64,000 nt of DNA from an uncultured Spirochaetota bacterium (GTDB taxonomy: Bacteria > Spirochaetota > B62-G9 > DRHN01), in contig CAYRKG010000020.1 in assembly GCA_964424795.1 (NCBI GenBank), positions 2,643 through 66,642 of the forward strand, written 5' to 3'. Each line of letters starts with the position of its first letter. Within the stretch, counting starts at the first letter, position 1. Below are positions 58,160-64,000 of this stretch, piece by piece. A program made the translations under genes and the position numbers. The notes under the pieces were generated by a model. The model did not search any database and was not told where the DNA came from. It saw nothing but the letters and a program-made list of their open reading frames with translations.

Positions 58160-58699
58160 TTACAAAGTACGCTTTGTAAGTTTAAACCAATAAACAAAAA
58201 GTCCCCTCTCTAACTTCTGATAATTGGGATACTTCATAGAAATTATTTCCCAAAATTTGTCACTATGTGTTCTTTCTAGTAAATGAGCAACTTCATGAAA
58301 GATTACATATTCTAATAGATGTTCAGGAAGATACTTCATCAACTTATTAATCGTGAGATTCTTTTTTGTACTGCAACTCGCCCATTTTGTTTTCATTACC
58401 CTGAAAAAAATATTTTTTATTTCAACATTCAATTCTTCAGCACTTCTTTCACCAAGAGAACATACCATATCTCTAAACTTTTCTTCGGATCGTGGATTAA
58501 TCTCTATTCCTTCTGCTTCTTTTAGACACTCCTCAATAAATTTACATTTCTTATTAATCCATCTTTTATGCTTATTAATAACCTTTTCAGCTTCATAGCC
58601 ATAAGGCAGAACAAGGAGTAGTGTACCCGTACCAAATTCCAGACGCGGGTATTTGATACTCCTATATGAAACATTATATGGTATATTAATGCTCTCCAT
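58160..58699 (-). CDS. DUF45/YgjP-like (M48-related) metal-dependent hydrolase commonly linked to type I R-M loci
   Basis: MKTKWASCSTKKNLTINKLM...LEYVIFHEVAHLLERTHSDKFW contains the HExxH zinc motif in the family-typical context. Overlaps the hsdR stop by 14 nt. Confidence 0.8.
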   Translation of the reverse strand: MESINIPYNVSYRSIKYPRLEFGTGTLLLVLPYGYEAEKVINKHKRWINKKCKFIEECLKEAEGIEINPRSEEKFRDMVCSLGERSAEELNVEIKNIFFRVMKTKWASCSTKKNLTINKLMKYLPEHLLEYVIFHEVAHLLERTHSDKFWEIISMKYPNYQKLERGLFVYWFKLTKRTL

Positions 58700-61694
58700 A
58701 GTTCTTTACATTCTCACTGATTTTTTCATGGAGCTCATTCATATCTGTAAATGATAGATCATGCTTCACCTTTATTCCTCTCACAAACCTCCTTATCTCT
58801 CTCTCAACTTCTTTTTGAACTGTGATCTGATTTATCCAGCCATTGTATATGTATTTATCAAGCTTTAAATAAAGGTCTTTTGCCATATTGACGAGTGTAT
58901 CACCATCACTTATTCTTTTTTCTAATTCGAGTAGTATCGAATATTCAAGATCGGAGAGCTGAAGCTGTTTTTTTCTTGCTGTAAGTGCATGTATTTCATC
59001 TATTGTCTTGATTCCCTCTGCGTAGATCCTTTCATAATCTTTTGTTCTTTCTTTCCACAATGCAAGGAGCCTCTCGACCCTTTCAACAAGAGATTCATAA
59101 ATAGGATTTCTGTACCTGTCTACCAATACTAGTTTATTGAGGGTAAAGAGTATATTTGCAGCCTTTTCCCTTTTACTTTCCAGGCTCTTTTCCAGGGATT
59201 CAAGGTAATTTTCATCAAAAACCACAGATGGAAGTCCATGCTCCAGCTCTGATACCTCAGTCGATTGGTGTACAAACTGAACCGTCTTTTCATAATACTT
59301 TTGCACATACTCTTCATATGATTGTTTTTTAAAGACAACCTTCATATAATAGGTGTATATAGAAGAGAGCCACTTGTAGAGATCGAAATACTCAACTTTG
59401 ATTCGATCTGCGCCGAGAAGCTCAAACAGCTTTCTTACCTTTCGATAATTCGCAGTAAAATATCTTGCCTTTTCCTCATCTGTTGTTAGCACCTCTATTG
59501 CATTGAACAATGTATCTCTGTCATAGCTTAATGGGATATCCTTTAGGATCTTTTTTGTTTCATTTATGATAGAAACAAACTCTTCTACGAGAGTTTCAAT
59601 GCTCGAAAGTATACCTTTTAAATCTTCTTTACTATATATGGCAAATGCTCTTCTAAACTCTTTCAATACTCCGACATAATCGATTATAATGCCTGCTTCT
59701 TTGAGATCTTTATAGGGCCTGTTTGTTCTCGCAATGGCCTGAAGAAGCCTGTGCTCTTTAAGAGGTTTATCAAGGTACATGACTCCAAGATTGGGAGCAT
59801 CGAACCCTGTGAGAAGCATCTCTGTCACTATTAATATCTTAGGTAGTTCATCTTCTTTGAATCTTTCAACTATATCTTTTAGAATATCGTCCGTTTCTTT
59901 TCCATTGAATCTTTCTCTCATCTCCTCGCAGTATTTAAGTACTTCGGATTTTCGAGAATCACTGCATGTCATTACCACCTCGGAATATTCCCGAGGAAGG
60001 AACCTGTCCAATTTATTCTTATAGAGAACACATGCCTTTCTGCTGCCTGCGACGATCATAGCTTTAAAACGGTCTTCAACATTATCTTTAAAATGACTCG
60101 AGATATCTTCAGAAATTGTCGTTATTCGCCCCGGGTCCTCAAATACAGTAGTTATTAAATCCAGCTTCTGTTTTACTCTATCTTCTACATCCTCCCTCAC
60201 CTCCTCAGGGAGCTCTTCAAACTCTGATTCTAAAAATGCTTCGAGGAGATATCTTTTAAGCTGGATATCCCTCCCAAGCCTTGGTTGATAGATGATTTTT
60301 ACAGTAAACTCATCTTTAATCGAATCTTTTACAAAGTATCGATCGAGGTAGAGCTCCTCATCTGGATAGCTAAACTCAATATATGTGTCCTTTCCTCGCT
60401 TTGAGATGGGTGTGCCTGTGAAAGCAAAGAAGAATGCATTTTGTAAAATTGACTTCATTTGCGATGCAAGTATTCCATACTGTGTCCTGTGCCCTTCGTC
60501 GACAAATGCTATTACATTTTTCCTGTTCATAATAGTCTCTTTTTTCTCTGAGAGACTTTCCAGTTCCTTTTGAAGCTCTGTTAACTCTTCTGTTCTGAAT
60601 TTATGTATAAGCGTTATGAATACGCCCCTTTTACCTCTGTAGCTATCATGCTTAATCTTATCCTTCAGGTCACGTATCCCTTCGACTTTTTCTAACTCAA
60701 AAAGATCGAGCGCGTTAAACTCATCGTAGAGCTGCTCCTCAAGCTCCCTCCTGTCTACAATGAAGAATATTGTGGGTGCAGAAAGTTGATCCATATAGTA
60801 GAGCTTATTTGCAGCAAATATCATAGTGAGGGTCTTACCGCTTCCCTGCCAGTGCCATATAAGGCCCCTGTCTTTTGTACTCTTGCCTCTAAGGTTTGCA
60901 ATTACTCTGTCAACGATTTTACTAGACGCTCTATATTGCATGTATCTTGCAATGACTTTTGTCCCTTCTCCCCGTTCCACTCTTGAAAACAGGTAGTTCT
61001 TAATGATATCCAGGATAGTGTCATTTGAGAGCATCTCTATAGTGGAATCTATCGAGTCTTTATTTTCCTCTTTCCATTCGTATGTTCTTACTTCATCCTG
61101 CCACGGAACGATTGGGAAATACTTCGCTATTTCTGCCGCTGCAATTCCTATCTGTATATACTTGTATAGGTCAGGAACTTTATTTTCGTATTCTTTTATT
61201 TGATTAAATGCATTTACCCATGATTCAGAAATGTTTGTCGGATCCTTGCATTCTATATCAACAACCGGGATACCATTTATGAATAAGATGATATCAGTTC
61301 TTATTCTTTCAATTCCCTGAAAGTATGTCTGACGGGTAACAATGAACTCATTATTCTGGATATTCTTATAATCAAAGAGCTGTACATACTTTACTACCTT
61401 GTCTTTTTCGAACTTTACAGGAACACCAAACTTGTAGAATTGGAGCATTCTCTTTGCCCCTTCCATTTGTGTGCCTGTTATCTTGAGCTCATTAACGACT
61501 CTTTTTATTTCTTCGTCTCCTGCATTTTGGTCTTTATTAATTCTGTGAAGTGCTCTGAGGAGATTAGGTATAAGAAGAGGCTCTTCAAGAGTTTCTCTCT
61601 CGAGCTCATTGGCAGGAATAAACTTCCAACCATTTTGCTTTAATTTTTGTATTATATAATCTTCGCAAACATTTGATTCTCGAAAGGACCTCAT
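58686..61694 (-). CDS. hsdR: Type I restriction enzyme R subunit (helicase-nuclease)
   Basis: 1002 aa. N-terminal PD-(D/E)xK (RTDIILFINGIPVVDIECK), Walker A HWQGSGKTLTM, DEAH-like box FVDEGHRTQ, helicase C-terminal motifs (TGFDAP, QAIARTNR) and a C-terminal helical domain. Confidence 0.9.
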   Translation of the reverse strand: MRSFRESNVCEDYIIQKLKQNGWKFIPANELERETLEEPLLIPNLLRALHRINKDQNAGDEEIKRVVNELKITGTQMEGAKRMLQFYKFGVPVKFEKDKVVKYVQLFDYKNIQNNEFIVTRQTYFQGIERIRTDIILFINGIPVVDIECKDPTNISESWVNAFNQIKEYENKVPDLYKYIQIGIAAAEIAKYFPIVPWQDEVRTYEWKEENKDSIDSTIEMLSNDTILDIIKNYLFSRVERGEGTKVIARYMQYRASSKIVDRVIANLRGKSTKDRGLIWHWQGSGKTLTMIFAANKLYYMDQLSAPTIFFIVDRRELEEQLYDEFNALDLFELEKVEGIRDLKDKIKHDSYRGKRGVFITLIHKFRTEELTELQKELESLSEKKETIMNRKNVIAFVDEGHRTQYGILASQMKSILQNAFFFAFTGTPISKRGKDTYIEFSYPDEELYLDRYFVKDSIKDEFTVKIIYQPRLGRDIQLKRYLLEAFLESEFEELPEEVREDVEDRVKQKLDLITTVFEDPGRITTISEDISSHFKDNVEDRFKAMIVAGSRKACVLYKNKLDRFLPREYSEVVMTCSDSRKSEVLKYCEEMRERFNGKETDDILKDIVERFKEDELPKILIVTEMLLTGFDAPNLGVMYLDKPLKEHRLLQAIARTNRPYKDLKEAGIIIDYVGVLKEFRRAFAIYSKEDLKGILSSIETLVEEFVSIINETKKILKDIPLSYDRDTLFNAIEVLTTDEEKARYFTANYRKVRKLFELLGADRIKVEYFDLYKWLSSIYTYYMKVVFKKQSYEEYVQKYYEKTVQFVHQSTEVSELEHGLPSVVFDENYLESLEKSLESKREKAANILFTLNKLVLVDRYRNPIYESLVERVERLLALWKERTKDYERIYAEGIKTIDEIHALTARKKQLQLSDLEYSILLELEKRISDGDTLVNMAKDLYLKLDKYIYNGWINQITVQKEVEREIRRFVRGIKVKHDLSFTDMNELHEKISENVKNYGEH

Positions 61695-61768
61695 TTTGGA
61701 AATAACTCTTTTATTAGATTATTTTTAATAGTTGTACTAATTCTCTTCCATATAAGGTTCTTGGAATT

Positions 61769-61987
61769 TTAGGCATAGACAAATGTTTCCTCTTTTACTA
61801 TATGTAAGCGGATAACACTTGGTATATCCCCCTCATTATTGAAATGACACTTAAGGGCATCTTTGATGTTCTTCTTGATTTCTTCTAAAGTCTCGCCTTC
61901 TGTAAATATTGAATGTTCAAGAGCTTTTGCGGTATACCCACCTTCCGGATCTTCCTCTACAAGGAAGATTATCTCTTTTACTTTCAT
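61769..61987 (-). CDS. HicB-like (UPF0150 fold) small protein without a DNA-binding domain; no HicA nearby
   Basis: 72 aa. IFLVEEDPEGGYTAKALEHSIFTEGETLEEIKKNIKDALKCHF is the typical HicB N-domain pattern. Starts 3 nt after the hsdS stop. Confidence 0.55.
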   Translation of the reverse strand: MKVKEIIFLVEEDPEGGYTAKALEHSIFTEGETLEEIKKNIKDALKCHFNNEGDIPSVIRLHIVKEETFVYA

Positions 61988-61990
61988 TGC

Positions 61991-63271
61991 TTATATCTCC
62001 TTTGAAATTAAGCTTGTTACTCTTTTCTTACCTGTTAAAAGATCATTCATTAAGCCCTTCTTAATCTTTTCAAGCCTTTCTTTTTTCTTTCTCAGCAATT
62101 CAAGCCGATTATCCACTGTGCTCAGTATTTCAGCAATTTTATTTTGCTCATCGAGTCTGGGGCAAGGAAGTTTTAAGTTCTCAAATAGCGATTTCTTTAT
62201 TATTGGGACTGCCGCAATTCCAGAAAATGATTTAACAACCTCACTTCTAAAAGAAATCGCGTAATAAATAAAATGTGGATTTATCTTATAATTATTGCAA
62301 ATGATTGAATTAATTTGTTGATTTGTAACGCTTTCACTATAGGTCAAACTAGTCTTTCCAATAGTCGAACCTATACATACTACTAATATAGTGTTTTTAG
62401 GCAAAACATATCCAATCTGTTGCGCCCCTTGCTGTGAAACACTCCTTTCAGTTTTGTAAACATATTTGTCTACTCTGATATCCATTGGCGTTATAAATGG
62501 AATATTACCATTCCAGTAGACCCCATTTGTTGTTGAAGGTGTTTTCCCTGTGAATACTTTTCCCACATCTCTAATTTTTGCCACTGCCCATTCTTTCGGT
62601 ATCCCCCCTATTTCTGTATCCTTAAACTCCCTATGCCCTATCCCCTTCGATAAAAGCTGCTGCATCAAACCTCTTTTTAATCTTTCTGTTTTTTCGATTG
62701 CTTCATCAACTTTTTCAATAGCTTGATCAACAGTGGATAGAATTTCAGCGATTTTTTTCTGTTCAGGAAGAGGGGGGACAAGGAGTTTTATATTTCTTAA
62801 GTATTTAGTTTGTACTGCAGACTGACCAACATGCCTAATAGCTACAGATTTGAAGAACCCTTTTCTCCATAATATGATAAAATTAAATAATACCCATTCA
62901 GGCAATACCTTTCGAATAAATCTGATGCGGGTAAAATGATTACTAAAAGTACATGGGAATGAAGCTTGTTTAAAAATTGTAGATTTTCCAACAAGATCAA
63001 TACTATTTGTATTGTTAAATAAAAAATCGTTTTCTTTTAATAGAAATTCTTCAATATTTTCATAAACTGGTACTTTAATAACTGAATCTAAAAATAAGCG
63101 TCCATCTATAGTTACATTATTCATGCGAATTTGAACAATACCATTATTATCTCTTTTACCACTAGCAAATCCATTTTTTATATCCTTGATAACTTGTTCT
63201 AACCTTAATACTTTCCATTTATTTGGTATCTTTACTTTTTCAAGTTGCTTATATTCTTGGACATTTATCAA
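61991..63271 (-). CDS. hsdS: Type I restriction-modification specificity subunit
   Basis: Two target-recognition domains separated and followed by the conserved helices LPEQKKIAEILSTVDQAIEK...LKRGLMQQLL and LDEQNKIAEILSTVDNRLELL...IKKGLMNDLL. TTG start with an AGGAGTG RBS. Confidence 0.9.
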   Translation of the reverse strand: MINVQEYKQLEKVKIPNKWKVLRLEQVIKDIKNGFASGKRDNNGIVQIRMNNVTIDGRLFLDSVIKVPVYENIEEFLLKENDFLFNNTNSIDLVGKSTIFKQASFPCTFSNHFTRIRFIRKVLPEWVLFNFIILWRKGFFKSVAIRHVGQSAVQTKYLRNIKLLVPPLPEQKKIAEILSTVDQAIEKVDEAIEKTERLKRGLMQQLLSKGIGHREFKDTEIGGIPKEWAVAKIRDVGKVFTGKTPSTTNGVYWNGNIPFITPMDIRVDKYVYKTERSVSQQGAQQIGYVLPKNTILVVCIGSTIGKTSLTYSESVTNQQINSIICNNYKINPHFIYYAISFRSEVVKSFSGIAAVPIIKKSLFENLKLPCPRLDEQNKIAEILSTVDNRLELLRKKKERLEKIKKGLMNDLLTGKKRVTSLISKEI

Positions 63272-63310
63272 TTTTAATCACTCCTATTTTTCTACCATCT
63301 ATCTGACGGG

Positions 63311-64000
63311 CTACAAAAACCAAGGCCTTTTAGCCACTGGTCTAAGAATCCTCTCGATTCCACTTTTCGAGATAATCTTTGCAACTTTGCTTGAATAAAG
63401 AGATGTGACAGGGAGATGTATATCAGTCCTTAGAGAACCCCAATGTATTTTACTCAAACTGAAAACATGCTTAATCAAGTCAATGAAATGATATAGTTGA
63501 AGTTTAGGCAGTTCATATTCACGTGGATTAATCTCATAGTTTCTCAATAAAAGAGGTCGAGGCGTCCCTATTCCGCTATAAATCAGTTTCTTTCCTCCAC
63601 GTCTTTCTCCATAAAATTTGCCTGTTGTACATAATAAAGATTCTCTATCTGTAAGAATAAAGACTGCACCTCTCCTTGGAGGTCTGTCTTTTACTACACT
63701 GATTCCACGCTCAAAAGTATCCTCATTCCCGAATAGCTTATAATTGTGGTACTGTATAATGGACAGGAGCCCTACTTTTTCGAATGCTGCACCGCTCCGT
63801 TCCATCTTTGCAAGTGCTTCCATTATCCCCTTGATTTCACAGTCATAAAGACTACCATTCTTATGAATAACTATATTTCTTGGGTATCCAACATTTGGAT
63901 TGGCATCTTTGAACCTTTTTAGTGATTCCTCAGTTATTTTTTGTGAAATTTCCTTTGATAACTTATAGCTTGCAGACCTCTCAGTAAAAGCCTCGTAACC
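63311..64000 (-). CDS. Prokaryotic Argonaute, C-terminal PIWI domain only (N-terminus lies beyond the window end)
   Basis: The frame is open from 64000 to the TAG at 63311-63313. The translation carries the PIWI blocks PRNIVIHKNG (RDG block), LLSIIQYHNYKLFG (compare VVQKRHHTRLF), GIGTPRP (GTSRP), LPVTSLYSSKVAKI (PAPxYYAHxxA) and the terminal RPWFL. Confidence 0.8.
   Translation of the reverse strand, partial: GYEAFTERSASYKLSKEISQKITEESLKRFKDANPNVGYPRNIVIHKNGSLYDCEIKGIMEALAKMERSGAAFEKVGLLSIIQYHNYKLFGNEDTFERGISVVKDRPPRRGAVFILTDRESLLCTTGKFYGERRGGKKLIYSGIGTPRPLLLRNYEINPREYELPKLQLYHFIDLIKHVFSLSKIHWGSLRTDIHLPVTSLYSSKVAKIISKSGIERILRPVAKRPWFL

Noticed and set aside
61991-63271. Internal duplication in hsdS (the AEILSTVD helices) as a phase-variation or shuffling substrate.
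   Set aside because: The two conserved regions are the normal HsdS architecture. At the nucleotide level the two copies differ substantially, and no inverted partial hsdS copy or recombinase is present in the window.

Overview
Low-GC (about 35-40% by eye), densely coding bacterial chromosomal segment. I saw no rRNA, tRNA or CRISPR. Core content, mostly on the minus strand:
- a complete Rnf complex operon in the order rnfCDGEAB, followed by an RseC-like gene;
- a LemA/TPM pair;
- an SbcD/SbcC-like (YhaO/YhaN-type) nuclease-ATPase pair;
- an M16 peptidase pair;
- an OmpR-type two-component system divergent from a CpxP-like gene;
- gdhA;
- an E. coli-style trp operon (trpE, trpG-D fusion, trpC-F fusion, trpB, trpA) preceded by a Trp-rich leader peptide and attenuator;
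- tnaA.

The right end (58.2-64 kb) is a defence locus on the minus strand. A PIWI-domain Argonaute runs off the window and has substitutions at two catalytic positions. It is followed head to tail by hsdS, a HicB-like gene, hsdR and a DUF45 peptidase. No hsdM is visible, and the Argonaute occupies the slot where hsdM normally sits. I consider this the best candidate for something undescribed.

Other notable points:
- a 7 x 17 bp tandem repeat sits exactly at the sbcD/sbcC-like gene junction;
- a dispersed long palindromic motif (TAATTAGTTnCTGGTGAAT...) occurs in three intergenic regions;
- a duplicated hairpin-bearing element brackets rnfB;
- three intact URO-D-family paralogues and one relic lie in sugar-gene contexts without a corrinoid protein;
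- there is an unusual number of gene relics (DUF1670, LacI, LOG, hisF, HtrA N-terminus).

All family assignments come from motifs I recognise in the translations. No database search was run.
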